Assembly (NCBI RefSeq): GCF_006345805.1
Contig: NC_043000.1
Location: 139,314,001 to 139,378,000, forward strand
Direction of reading: 5' to 3'
DNA length: 64,000 nt
Origin: Octopus sinensis
Lineage: Eukaryota
The position numbers and the translations under genes were made by a program. The notes under the pieces were generated by a model. That model did not search any database. It was not told where the DNA came from and saw only the letters and a list, made by a program, of their open reading frames with translations. Positions 51,546 through 64,000 of the stretch are shown in pieces (position 1 is the first letter of the stretch; every line of letters begins with the position of its first letter).

Positions 51546-51799
51546 AATTTTTAGTATTATTATTTCATCATAATCATCATTGTCATCATCATTTTTCAGT
51601 TTATGGCATTGGTTTGTTTCTTTGAAAAAAAAAATAATTACAATAAAAAATGTTTTATATATTTAAATAATTCATTAAATTCCTTGGTACCAGTTATTGT
51701 CAAATATATTTTGTTTTAGAGAATTTAGAACTTCTGATGTCAATCTCTCTTCAACAACTATGTTGTCCATCAAAATAAAGAAAAGCAAGTAACCTCATG

Positions 51800-52355
51800 G
51801 CCTATGCCAAGGGTGTAACCAGCCCACTTATGCATACCTTTCCTTCATTGGACACTAAACTCTGCTTGTGAAGACCTATTGAGGCAATTGAAATCGAAAT
51901 CAAATTCGATGACTGGCATCTGTGCTAGTGGGATGCAAAGAGCACCATCCAAGCGTGATCGTTGCCAGAGCAGCTGAATGGCTTCCATGCCGGTGGCATG
52001 TAAAAAGCACCAGCATCGCCTTACTGACACTTGTGTTGGTGGCACGAGAAAAAACATTTGAGCGAGGTTTGTTGCCAGTGCCACTGGACTCGCTCCTGTG
52101 CAGGTGGCACGTAAAAAGCACCATTTGAGCATGGCAGTTGCCAGTACCACCTGACTGGCCCTCGAACCGGTGGAAAATAAAAGCACCCACTACACTCTGA
52201 GTAGTTGGCATTAGGAAGGGCATCCAGCTGTAGGAACTCTGCCAGATCAGATTGGAGGCTGGTGTAGCCATCTGGTTCACCAGTCTTCAGTCAAATCATC
52301 CAACCCATGCCAGCAAGGAAAGCAAATGTTAAACGATGATGATGATGGTGATGTT
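51800..52355 (+). mobile_element. Long copy of the RTE 3'-end repeat family
   Basis: Colinear with the reverse complement of 10415-10975. Confidence 0.85.
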
Positions 52356-52380
52356 GATATTTAATTATATATTTATATCT

Positions 52381-52750
52381 CTTTTACTCTTTTACTCTTT
52401 TACTTTTTTCAGTCATTTGACTGCGGCCATGCTGGAGCACCGCCTTTAGTCGAGCAAATCAACCCCGGGACTTATTCTATCGATCTCTTTTGCCGAACCG
52501 CTAAGTGACGGTGACGTAAACACACCAGCATCGGTTGTCAAGCAATGCTAGGGGGACAAACACACACACATATATATACATATATATGACAGGCTTCTTT
52601 CAGTTTCCGTCTACCAAATCCACTCACAAGGCATTGGTCGGCCCGGGGCTATAGCAGAAGACACTTGCCCGAGATGCCACGCAGTGGGACTGAACCCGGA
52701 ACCATGTGGTTGGTTAGCAAGCTACTTACCACACAGCCACTCCTGCGCCT
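52381..52750 (-). mobile_element. SINE family A, close to apparent consensus
   Basis: Reverse-complement copy retaining many CpGs. Confidence 0.9.
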
Positions 52751-53613
52751 ATCTATTAATTTTGTTTTTACCCAACATATAATATTTTGAGTAGATCAAA
52801 TTTATGTATTGATAAAGACATTATAAGATTGGTTAATAGTGTCTTTTGCCACCAGCACCTTCACTTTATTCCACTCTTAGTTGAAGAGGAAGAGGCTTAA
52901 GCAATAGGCATTCTACTCACCACTGGAATTGAACTTAGCATTATAATTATTTAGATTATTCATTTATGACAGACAGCCATCAAGTTATTCACATTTCGGG
53001 GCTTTATCTCATATGTCTAATATCAAAGTAACTTTCTGAAAATGAATAAATAAATAAGTAATTTTAATCACCACATCAGTATGGATGTTTGCAGTTACTA
53101 CCATTTTAACCCCAGTCAGATATTCCGCCAACTGGCTATAAGTGTAACCTGCACCCTGTTTATATTGCAAGCAGGGCAGCGATATTGATGTGGTGATTAA
53201 CATTACTAGATTATTAACATTACGTAGTTAACATTTTCATCTCTTATTAAGATTTTCTAACTAGTTACTTTGCTTGTTGAAAGCTCAGTGACTGATGGTC
53301 GATTTGTTTTCTATATATTTCTGATTCGAGCGAGGTTGTTGCCAGTGCCGCCTGACTGGCCCCCGTGCTGGCGGCACGTAAAGAGCACCCACTACACTCT
53401 TGGAATAGTTGGCGTTAGGAAGGGCATCCGGCTGTAGAAACTGCCAAATCAAGATTGGAGCCTGGTGCAGCCATCTGGTTCACCAGCCCTCAGTCAGAAT
53501 CGTCCAACCCATGCTAGCATTGAAAGTGGACGTTAGACGATGATGATGATGATGATGATGATGATGATATTGCGAGCGTGGACTCCTGCTATCTCTCTGG
53601 TTGTGGGGGTCTT

Positions 53614-53661
53614 CCCAACTGAAGATAGGCACAAATAGTCCGAAACCGATTTGGTTTCAGG
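53614..53661 (+). ncRNA. Hammerhead-like motif with intact core and weak stems I/II
   Basis: CUGAAGA...GUCC-GAAA-CC(GAUUU)GG-UU. Confidence 0.5.
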
Positions 53662-54260
53662 ATCCTCTCATCTGCTAGAGGATTGTAAGGGTTCGCTCTC
53701 CTGCTTGCAATAGATACAAGGTGCAGGGTGCAGATATAAACAGCTAGTGGAAGGTCTGCTTGGGGTTAAAATGGTAGTAACATCAATCAGCCATATTGAT
53801 GTGGCAATTAACACTGCTTGTCAGTAGAGTTACTACTTTCATCTTTTACTGAGATTTTCTTTATAAATAAGTAGAAAAAAAAAACTTTGCCGAATAAGTA
53901 ACAACCAATTTTCCATCGTACTCATTAATCTTTGACAACATATTAGAGGTTTCTGAGATATGAAAGCAGACAATCAAACAAAAAGATATTTCTAATAAAA
54001 CTGTGGAAACTAAGTGTTATCTAGCAAGACTAACTACATAGTTATTAAGCATATTATATAGTATATATCCATATAGAAATTTATATCTATGATTTGTTGG
54101 TATGGATATTTTTTTTTTATTATAATCATATTTAAATTCAGTTAAGAGCCTTATACACTTATGTAGGTTTCTTTACACTGCTAATAAATTGTTTACATCA
54201 TTTCTAAGGTGACCAATTTTTCTTAGTTTCTGTAGTTATATATATATATATATTTTTTTT

Positions 54261-54995
54261 TCTAGTTTCAGCTCAGAGTTGCGGCCATGCTGATGCACCG
54301 CCATTTTGTGCTACACTGTTATTACGACGAACCTCATCTAATATGTGGCACTTGGTGAAGAATGGAGTTTGACATAGCTACTCTCATTTGCACCTCTTGC
54401 CATGAGGTAAGTTCATCTGGGGCTCTTGACAGGAAGATGTCCAGCTTTGATTTAAAAACCGCTACATCTACTTTGTGCAAGTTCTTCAGACTCTTTGGGA
54501 GAATATTAAAAAGCTGTGGGCCCTTGAAACCCATGCTGTTGCAGAAGCTGGTCCTGAAGCATGATGGCATTGCTGGGATCTTTGGCACTATGCAGTGTCG
54601 TCCCGTTCTAGCATTGGTGTAGCTTACAATGCCAAAATTTGGCACAATTCCTTCCAGGATCTTCCAGACATATATTACTGCATACCTCTCCCGTCTTCTC
54701 TCCAGGGAGTAGAGTCTTAGCTGTTTCAACCTTTCCCAGTAGCTGAGCTGTTGCAAAGATACGATCTTCTTTGTGAATCTTCTCTGGATTGCTTCAAGGT
54801 CCGCTGTTAATTTTACCCTGGTGGGTGACCATAGGTGTGAGCAGTAATCCAGGCGGCTGAGGATGAATGTCCGCCAGAGGACCATCATGGTTTCCTTATC
54901 TCTGGTTCTGAATGTTCTTAGGATCCACCCAGCCAGTCGTCTGCACTTTGTCGCCATCCTGGTAATGTGCACTTGGAAAGAAGTATCATCACTCA

Positions 54996-54999
<4 letters not shown>
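54261..54999 (-). mobile_element. CR1/L2-clade LINE, 5'-truncated, open RT C-terminal frame, between (TA)n tracts
   Basis: ORF ...ILSRLDYCSHLWSP...LEAIQRRFTKKI...LSYWERLKQLRLYSLERRRERY...; 3' tail ggcggtgcatcagcatggccgcaactctgagctgaaactag. Confidence 0.92.
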
Positions 55000-55026
<27 letters not shown>

Positions 55027-55497
55027 ACTAATGTAGGATAAAAATTTTTTCGGGAAAAAAAAATTTATCAATGGCCAGCATATCCAAAAATACCTTTAAA
55101 GGTTAAATTCATAAATAATTTACAAAATAAGGGCAAAAGAAAAATTCTAATGCCAAATATGCCGAAAAAAAGACAAAAATTGTCAATAACCATTATAATT
55201 TGTAAATTATATATATATATCATTCAATATGTGACCGCGTGTGTATCAGTGGCGATTTTTTTTCTTCCGTCCTCCCATCCTTAGATCTTTCCTTTTCCTA
55301 TGTTTCTGACAAAGAACTCTGCTCGAAACGTTAAATCCTCCTTCTTTCTTTCTTTTCCTGAGCGTCGAATAACACTATACTTGTTCCACATCCTCGCGTT
55401 GTTGTATTTTCTTTTGGTGTTCTCATGTTTGGATTAACTTTATATATATATATATATATAATATATATATATATACTGAGAGAGAGACAGGGAGAGG

Positions 55498-55528
<31 letters not shown>

Positions 55529-58500
55529 GGAGGGAGATATATAGAGAGAGAGCAATGGTTAATTCATTTGTAATATTTCTCAGACATCTTGATTTACTAT
55601 ATATGTTAACATACCAATTACATTGCTAATAAATGTTTCCAGCAAGAAAGACAGGGAAAAAATATTAATTTCTTTTTTTCTTTTCGGCATCATTAAACGA
55701 AAATATTACGAAAAGCTGCTGTTCTTTTTATTTTGCTTTACATAAATTATGAATGTTAACATCCATAAGAATGCCTTATTTTGCAAATGTATTGCAATCC
55801 CATAATTCATTTCTAAGCATGTAGTTCGTCATGTAATTACTCAATGTAATTACTCATCATGTAATTACTCAATCATTCATAGATTCATTACAGAAACTTT
55901 TTTTTTTTTTGCGTTTTTCTTAATGATGAATCTAATATTTATTATCTATCTATTTATCTCTCTGTCTCTTTATCTATCTGCCTGTTTGTCTGTTTCAGTC
56001 ATGCACTCTCCTCTTATACGTGCTTGTGTGTGTGTGTGTGTGAGTATCTGTTTTGTACAAGTTTGATGGCTGAATGTAAAGAAAGAAAAAATACCAGTAA
56101 TCTATATTTGTGCATGAATATCTATCTATAAATAATTTACAATATGTTAAATAAGTTTGTGTGCGTATGTATATACATGTATGTGTGCGTGCATATATGT
56201 GTGTGTGTGTTCATAAATGCATATTCATATATGTATGATAACAAACACACACACACACATATATATGCTTATATTCATATATGCAATACACATATAAACT
56301 TGAATTACACGACAAATAGCCAGTATTTAGAACTCCATTTGTATTCTTGTTCATGTTAATGTATCTGTGTTATTTTACTTGGCTGTATCAAAGAGTCCAT
56401 GTAAAAAATGAAACAGAACATAAGAGGTTGTACATAAATTTTTTAATTACACTTTCTTATATACATTTCACACAAAAGTATTAATCAATGGCTTTATTAA
56501 TATTAGCCAATATCTTCTATGATCTTTCTTTTATCAACAATCACTAATGTTGTGTCTAAAAGATACATATCTCTGAAGATTTGACAACTCATTTTGATTA
56601 TGAAATTTTCTTGGTAATGAAACATACGTAAGAATATGTGGCTAAATATGAACATTTCTCATACTTTGATACACATGTACATAGGTATATATATGTGCAT
56701 CAGACTAAATGTAAATACATTGGGAAAAAGCAAATTCTTTGTGGTATTTGCCTGGATAAAATATCTCTTATGTATGTGCTGCATTGAAAAATCACAAAAC
56801 TATATAAGTAACTGATTAAAATCGTCCAATAGTGGCTAGTGAGAAGGCTAGATGTGTGTTTCTGCTTTGTTGGACTTTGTCGTTAGCATGTACTCACAAC
56901 CAACTACATGCTACACTGGTGTTCTGAATAAAGAACTAGTTGAGTAAAACTACTAGCTATTATCGAAGTATTGGTTCCATATTGTAAGTCAAACTGGATA
57001 AAAAGGATGAACATTAAACAACATCAAGTGATAACCAGCCCTATTTAAAACTGTGGCCTCCCTGGGTTTATGCTAACTAAACTCAAAATCTCTCTCCCTC
57101 TCTTTTGTATATCATGCACGCGCATGTGTGTGTGTGTGTGATGGACTTTTATTATGGGACCAAGGGTGTTTTCAGGTGGATTGATATTAAAAGAAATGCA
57201 TCAGACCAACATCTATCAAATTTGTATGTGAAAACGTGCTATTCTCATGAGTGTGTAAACAATGGATTTTAGGTTGTAGCAAAAAAAGTCACATATCGTA
57301 CTATCACATGTTTTGGTAATGTGTTTCCCTATGAAATTTTCAGCTACCAAAGAGACAACTAATGCCTGCTACTTTAAACATATATTAGTTTTTATATATT
57401 AAGATATATGTAATATGCATGTAATTATAAATATCTTTCAAACTTTTCCTGCAGATAAGTTTAAATTACACTTACTTAGTTTTATTACTTTGTTCTGTTG
57501 AGGCATTTATAATATTTTAAAGCAAACTTATTTTCCTCAATGATATCTGTATTTACTGTAGCAAGGAGATATCTCCCATCTCATTATCCTGGACTTTGTT
57601 ACATAAACATTTAATGAGCTTTTTTTTTTTGGATGGTGTTAGAATACTCTTTCCAGAAAATTCCTAAGGTTGCTCTTCCAATATCAAATCTCATTATTAA
57701 GTCTGTGGACGGTATTTAAGAATTTGTTAAAGTTTGTGCCTAAAAGGATAAAATATACTTAATATATAAAATGGAATATACATATATATCATTAAAAGCT
57801 AAAGTTTCTTGAATTACATCTCCAAATTTCACATTGAATTACAACTCTAAATTTCACATTCAAGTGATTGAAGCAAAGAAGCCACGTTGCAATATATTAT
57901 TAAAAATATCTGCTACTCAACGAAATAAAAATAGTTAATAATACATCAAGACTGGAGTGGATGCCAAAACTATTTTAAAATATTATGCAATTTCATCTAT
58001 TCCAATGTCATTTGCTGAACAGGTAATATTTTCATATATTTATGAACAAAAATATGTGATGCTTAAATGTTTCCATTATCATGTACATAAAATATCTACA
58101 AAAAAGGAAAGTATCGGTTAAGTCAAGTGTTGATGGATACATGAATGTCTTAAACTTATACAACCATATTTTTGAGCCATTTATTCACCAACAGTCTTCA
58201 CTTATAGAAAAGCTATTTTTTTTGTGTGCATTTTATATCCATTGTAGTGAAGATATGAAGACATCATAGATATTTTTTTGTAAATGTATGAAAATAGCAT
58301 GTTTACACATGAGAATTTTTTTTATTTCTTTATTGTCCACAGGGGGCTAAACATAGAGGGGACAAACAAAGACAGACAAAGGGCTTAAGTCAGTTATATC
58401 GACGCCAGTGCATTACTGGTACTTAATTTATCGACCCCCGAAAGGATGAAAGGCAAAGTCAACCTCGGGAGAATTTGAACACAGAACGTAACGGCAGCCG

Positions 58501-58674
58501 AAATACTGCTAAGCATTTCACCCGGCGTATTAATGCTTCTGCCAAGAATTTAAAAGATGTATGTGTGATGCATTCCTTTTAATGCCAATCCACCTGAAAA
58601 CACCTTCGGTTCCATAATATAATAATAATAATGAAATTATTGTATACAGTGCTCAGGCGCACCACAACTTGTGT

Positions 58675-58787
58675 TGGCGAATCTCAGAAAGCATGGAGGT
58701 TTTGAAGGATGCGGTGCTCCGACAACTAACAACTGATGCCGGCAGTTTGTTCCATGCTTCAGCAACTCTCAGCGTGAAAAAATGTTA
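58675..58787 (-). mobile_element. CR1 3' end remnant
   Basis: Translates to FFTLRVAEAWNKLPASVVSCRSTASFKTS. Confidence 0.75.
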
Positions 58788-59564
58788 AAAGTCTTTACTT
58801 TATAGTGATCTTAATTAAAACTTCCCATTCACCCATATTTTATGTTAATTTGCATTCCAAACTCCAGATTAATAATTACAGTTATTTTACTAAATTCTTC
58901 ATTACATTCAAAGCTTCCTAATAAAACAAAGACAATGTATTTCAGCAGAAATGTTCAGGAAAAAGGGTCTTAGCAGTCAATCAAATTTTGATGTGTTGTT
59001 GATTCATATTATTTCAATGTGTTTGTAAAACTTGTGCTTATATATTGTAATAATTCTTCTCTTACTTCACTCATTTAAATATTCAGTAACATGAAAGTAA
59101 GACATACGATTTGACAAGCCTTACTTTGTAATACACACACATGTATGCCCTTGTGCATACATTTTCTTAAGGTTTAATTAACAGTACAGAGCATTGTAAC
59201 CATTCTGTGATTTATATTTATGGTTTCATAAACCCTTGAAAGATATATATATAGCTTCCTCCTACTTACATCCAGCAACTGCATTACATAATAACTTCTT
59301 CAATGTTGCTTCAATAACAAAGCAAAAACGAATTTCCTTTATATATATATATACATGGTTATGTAATCATGTTATAATTTCTAAGTAGTTTCACAAAGAA
59401 GAGTATTGAATGTATATGCATAGATTATATGATACCTATTCTGTAGCTTTAAGTACCATGCTAATTAAAGCATTTATTAAGGATTTTATTTGGTTGGAAA
59501 TTTTTCTTGAATTAAATCCATTTTTTGATTTCTCTTGTTACAATGAAATTTAAAGTAATGGATT

Positions 59565-60065
59565 AATATCGAAATTGAAATCAAATTCGATGTCTGGCAT
59601 CCGTGCTAGTGGAGTGCTAAGAGCACCATCCAAGCATAATAGTTGCCAGGGCAACAAACTGGCTTCCGTGCCACCGGCACGCAAAAAGCACTATTCGAGT
59701 GTGATCGTTACCTGCATTGCCTTACTGGCAATTGTGCTGATGGCATGTGAAAAAACATTTGAGCAAGGTCATTGCCAGTGCTGCTGGACTGGCTCCTGTG
59801 CAGGTGGCAGGTAAAAAGCACCATTTGAGCATGGCCATTGACATCACTGCCTGACAGGCCCTTGTGCCGGTGGCATGTAAAAGTACCCATTACAGTCTTA
59901 GAGTGGTTGGCGTTAGGAAGGGCATCCAGCTGTATAAACTCTGCCAGATCAGAATGGAACCTGGTGCAGCCATCTGAGTCACCAGTCCTCTGTCAAATAG
60001 TCCAACCCATGCTAGCATGGAAAGTGGACGTTAAACGACGATGAAGATGATTATGATGATGATGA
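59565..60065 (+). mobile_element. RTE 3'-end repeat copy
   Basis: Same family as 51890-52355; (GAT)n tail. Confidence 0.85.
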
Positions 60066-60832
60066 TATGTAATTTGTGCAGTTTAGAATCATATGAAATT
60101 TATTCTTTAAAGTCTTAATATCGAGTAGGTTTTGACAATATATAATCATTGGTGCCAGAGGCCTTTCTTTTATTGTTAGTTTTAAGTAAAATAGTTTATA
60201 TGTTTCTCGGGTTTATATATATATTAATAAGTGTTAAAGAACCAGTCAACAATTTCCAAGTTGTATATAATGAGTGATTGTTTTATAGCCACCACTTCAT
60301 TTCTTTTAGTGCAGAATCAAGGGCATTCCAGCCATGGTGATCCCAGTTCATTTTCAGTCAGTGTATCTAAGGTACCCATCCTGTTTTTAGATGGCAGTAC
60401 ATCATTTAAAGAAGATTTGGCTTCTGTCTCTTGCTGATCAAGCAAATTTTGCTATGAATAAATACAATTTTGTAATAGATAAATGAATAAATAAAGTCAC
60501 TTTCTCTGTTGGTTTGTTTGTCCTCAATGAGTTTTATACCTGAAGCATGCATATCATAGTTAGAAAGATGTGAAACAGGGCGTCTTTGTAAATCAAGTAT
60601 AACCATCTATCCTGTCAAGAATTTGCTATTGGTGTATCTGAAATAATTAGCTAAGAATTCACTTGGCCTTATCTACTACAATGATTCTATATCATCTTTT
60701 GAATGCTGGTTATACATTTTATGTACTAAACCTTAAGACAGAAATACTCTCAAATAAACCCATGAAGATCAGTCTACGGGTATAAACCATATGCTTCCAT
60801 GATTTGGTTATAATTTTGTCATTGTTCATTCA

Positions 60833-60863
<31 letters not shown>

Positions 60864-60872
60864 AGTATGTGA

Positions 60873-61188
60873 AGGTGCGTGGCTTAGTGGTTAGGGCATT
60901 CGGCTCACAATCGTAAGATTGTGAGTTCAATCCACAGCAACTCATTTTGTCCTTGAGCAAGACACTTTATTTTATGTTGCTCCAATACACTCAGCTAGTA
61001 AAAAATGAGTAGTACTTGTATTTCAGCCTTGTCTCATTCTGTATCATGCTGAATCTCCATGAGAACTACATTAAGGGTACATATGTCTGTGGAGTGCTCA
61101 GCCACCTGCACCATGTTAATTTCCTGAGCAGGCTGTTCTGGTGATCGAATCAACTGGGCCCTTGGCATCATAACCAACGGAGTGCCAT
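60873..61188 (+). mobile_element. tRNA-type SINE family B
   Basis: Head gcgtggcttagtggttaggg...gagttcaatcc, core ccttgagcaagacacttt. Related copies near 4050-4232(-), 20525-20645(-), 24745-24820(+), 32170-32480(-), 36735-36975(-), 48620-48730(+), 49755-49997(-). Confidence 0.82.
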
Positions 61189-61216
61189 AAAATACCTGTA
61201 CATCATCTCCAAACCT

Positions 61217-61256
<40 letters not shown>

Positions 61257-62052
61257 TTCAGCTATATAATGTGAATCTTTACTCCTAACATATATGTTCA
61301 TATATTGATACTGAAGAAAATTCCAGAAAGCCATATTATCATTTAAAATATTCAATTGCATTTCAGATAAAGGTAAGATTATAAAGAGAAACAATAAATA
61401 AAGAAGCAAAGAAAAATAGAAAACAAGAATAAGAAAATAACACAAATTTAAAAATAAACATTGTTCAGAAATAGAATTAAAACTTTTACACAATCTAAAT
61501 GATTTCATTGACAGGTAATACTTTTTGAAAGGGAATAATGAAATTATTAGGAATTATATGAAATTTATGAAAATTTTTCAGAAGAATTTTAAAAAGGTAT
61601 TAAAATTAACATTTTCTTTTTATCATGCTAATAACATCTGAATCGAAAATAATTATAAATTAGCATTGGTTAAAATTAATTAAATTTAAATCTAAAACAC
61701 TAAATAAAGAAATGAAGAAAGATAATTCATTATTAATTTATTCATTCTTTGAATATTCTTTCTCTCAAAATCTCTTCCAAAGACTTTTGAATATCAGAAT
61801 TAGTTTACTACACTATTGATTATTCTTGGTGTTGTTATTGTGTACGTTAAGCTAGGTCAGGTCATAAATATAGATGATCAATTATTCACAAGTAAACTAC
61901 AAACAGACTGTATGTACCTGGCTGTTACCACTTGACTTCTCATTAGTAACCTTTTTATACTAATTTATAGAAAAGCATGCTCATCACCACTGATATCCTG
62001 TTTTCCCTTTCTTTTTTATAGGATATTGATAAAAAATACCTGTGTAGAATGC

Positions 62053-62480
62053 AGGAGTGGCTGTGTGGTAAGAATCTTGCCTCCAAGCTACATGGTTCTA
62101 GGTTCAGTCCCACTGCAGAGCACCTTGGGCAAGCATCTTCTACTATAGCCTCAGGCCAAACAAAGCATTGTGACAACTGGATTTGGTAGACAGAAACTCA
62201 AAGAAGCCCTTTTTTGTGTGTGTGTGTGAGTGTGTGTATGTGCGTCGTGTGCATGCATGCGCACGTATGTGTGTGTGTGTGTGTGTGTGTGGGGTTTCTG
62301 TGTTGCCCCAACTACTGCTTGTGTTTATATCGCCATAACTTAGCAGCTCAGCAAAAGGAACCAATAGAATAAGTGCTAGGCTTAAAACATAATTCCTCGG
62401 GTCGATTCATCAAGCTAAAAAAGTTTCCAAAGTAGTGCTCCAGCATGGCTCAATCTAATGACTGAAATAAGTAAAAGATA
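62053..62480 (+). mobile_element. SINE family A, diverged
   Basis: Homologous copy. Confidence 0.85.
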
Positions 62481-62895
62481 AAAGACAGAAATATATAGGA
62501 GATTGACAGATGCATCTGTGGAATGGTATTGTTAATTAAGAAAATCATAGCAGAGAATTCAAGCATATTTGGGGCTTAGTAATTTATCAGCACTGTTACT
62601 TGTTCTTCAATTTCGAACATTCATATGCTCTACTACAATTGAATACTGCTGCCTCACAGACAACCAGAATTTCCGGACTTCTTCCCCCTATACAACGCTT
62701 TGCATGTAGTATACCTAAGGAAGTGGTGGTAATGTTTCATTGCTGCAGATGCTGTGATAATGCAACAATCCTAACAATCTGTTGTTAGCCTGAAAACATT
62801 AGGAAATTGTTGGATCTCTTTGCATGAAGAGATCCAGTGGATTTTTTCCAGAGATTAACTCTCTAAAAAAGGAATCCCTGGTAGGCTCAGATCAC

Positions 62896-63300
62896 AGGAG
62901 TGGCTGTGTGGTAAGTAGCTTGCTTACGAACCACATGGTTCCAGGTTCAGTCCCACTGCATGGCACCTTGGGCAAGTGTGTTCTACTACAGTCTCGGACC
63001 GATCAAAGCCTTGTGAGTGGATGTGGTAGACAGAAACTGAAAGAAGCCCGTCGTATTTATGTATATGTATATATATGTATGTGTGCGTATATGTTTGTGT
63101 GTCTGTGTTTGTCCCCCACAACATTACTTGACAACCAATGGTAGTGTGTTTACATCCCTGTAACTTAGTGGTTCAGCAAAAGAGGCCAATAGAATAAGTA
63201 CTGGACTTCCAAAGAATAAGTCCTGGGGTCGATTTGCTCAACTAAAGGCGGTGCTCCAGCATGGCCACAGTCAAATGACTGAAACAAGTAAAAGAGTAAA
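62896..63300 (+). mobile_element. SINE family A
   Basis: Homologous copy. Confidence 0.9.
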
Positions 63301-64000
63301 AAAGCAACCCATGTCAGTCACATCTTTGCCCTTTGTACAAGCAGCTTATCTCTATCACCAACATGACTGGTGAGTTTGCAGCATCCTGCTGGATGGTGTT
63401 CACAGCTGACTAGTTTATTACTATCATTAGTGCACTCACTGATGGCCTGGAGAAGAAGACTAAACCAGATTATTTAGAAGGAATAGAAACTGTAAAAGTT
63501 TGTGGTTCTAAAGAATTTGAGTCCTGATCAGTGTTAAACATGAATACTTCAGTAATCCAATATGAATGATCAATGCTGTCAACTACCACTGCCAACTACT
63601 GACTGTCAACTGCCAACAGTTCTCAAAGTTTCTTTATTTTATTAAAATGCATCAGTCCACTTTTTGTCACGTAGTCATCATGATCCTTCCACAATATATA
63701 CATATCTATATGTCTACATACATACTTATGTATTGATGTACATACATACCTACATATATGTATACATAATCACAATAAGGGTGAAAAAAATTGAATATTA
63801 ATTAATAACATCAATTTAAAACACCAAGTGGCCTAGCGTAAAAAAAACTGATACAGTAAAAATTATTAATACAAGTAATAAGTGAGGGACCACATGTGGT
63901 CACTCTAACGCTAGAAATAGATCCGCAAAGGGAATCCACCACTAAAGAATTGTTCTCAAGCATTAATTCAACACGCCAAGAATGTAAGCGGGCAGGACAA

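Noticed and set aside
52921-53035. Minus-strand segment with strong acceptor and gtgagt donor
   Set aside because: Stops in all frames; may be a 5' UTR exon but unsupported. The same applies to about 57470-57740, 59241-59279 and 62716-62790

Overview
AT-rich, repeat-dominated eukaryotic DNA. The SINE/LINE families and dense (TA)n/(CA)n/(CAT)n/(ATT)n microsatellites look like an octopus (coleoid cephalopod) genome; this is inferred from recognised repeat sequences, not from a search. Almost all ORFs in the supplied track are microsatellite artefacts. Reading splice signals by eye gives a minus-strand multi-exon gene: 11 phase-compatible coding exons from 35653 to 5969, about 261 aa, protein not recognised, 5' end unresolved. 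Its introns hold at least three tRNA-type SINE families, many RTE 3' ends, CR1/L2, R4/Dong-type, RTE and Penelope fragments, a decayed Tc1, a deleted Helitron, Helitron-like non-autonomous elements and a hAT MITE. The most interesting layer is a set of about ten minimal hammerhead-ribozyme-like motifs. Several are U3-A8 core variants sitting head-to-head inside long (TA)n-flanked palindromes, and one near-canonical GUC hammerhead lies in an element with a perfect 58-bp inverted repeat. They probably derive from Penelope-like pLTRs or retrozymes. No databases or folding programs were run; element boundaries are approximate and exon boundaries were counted by hand.
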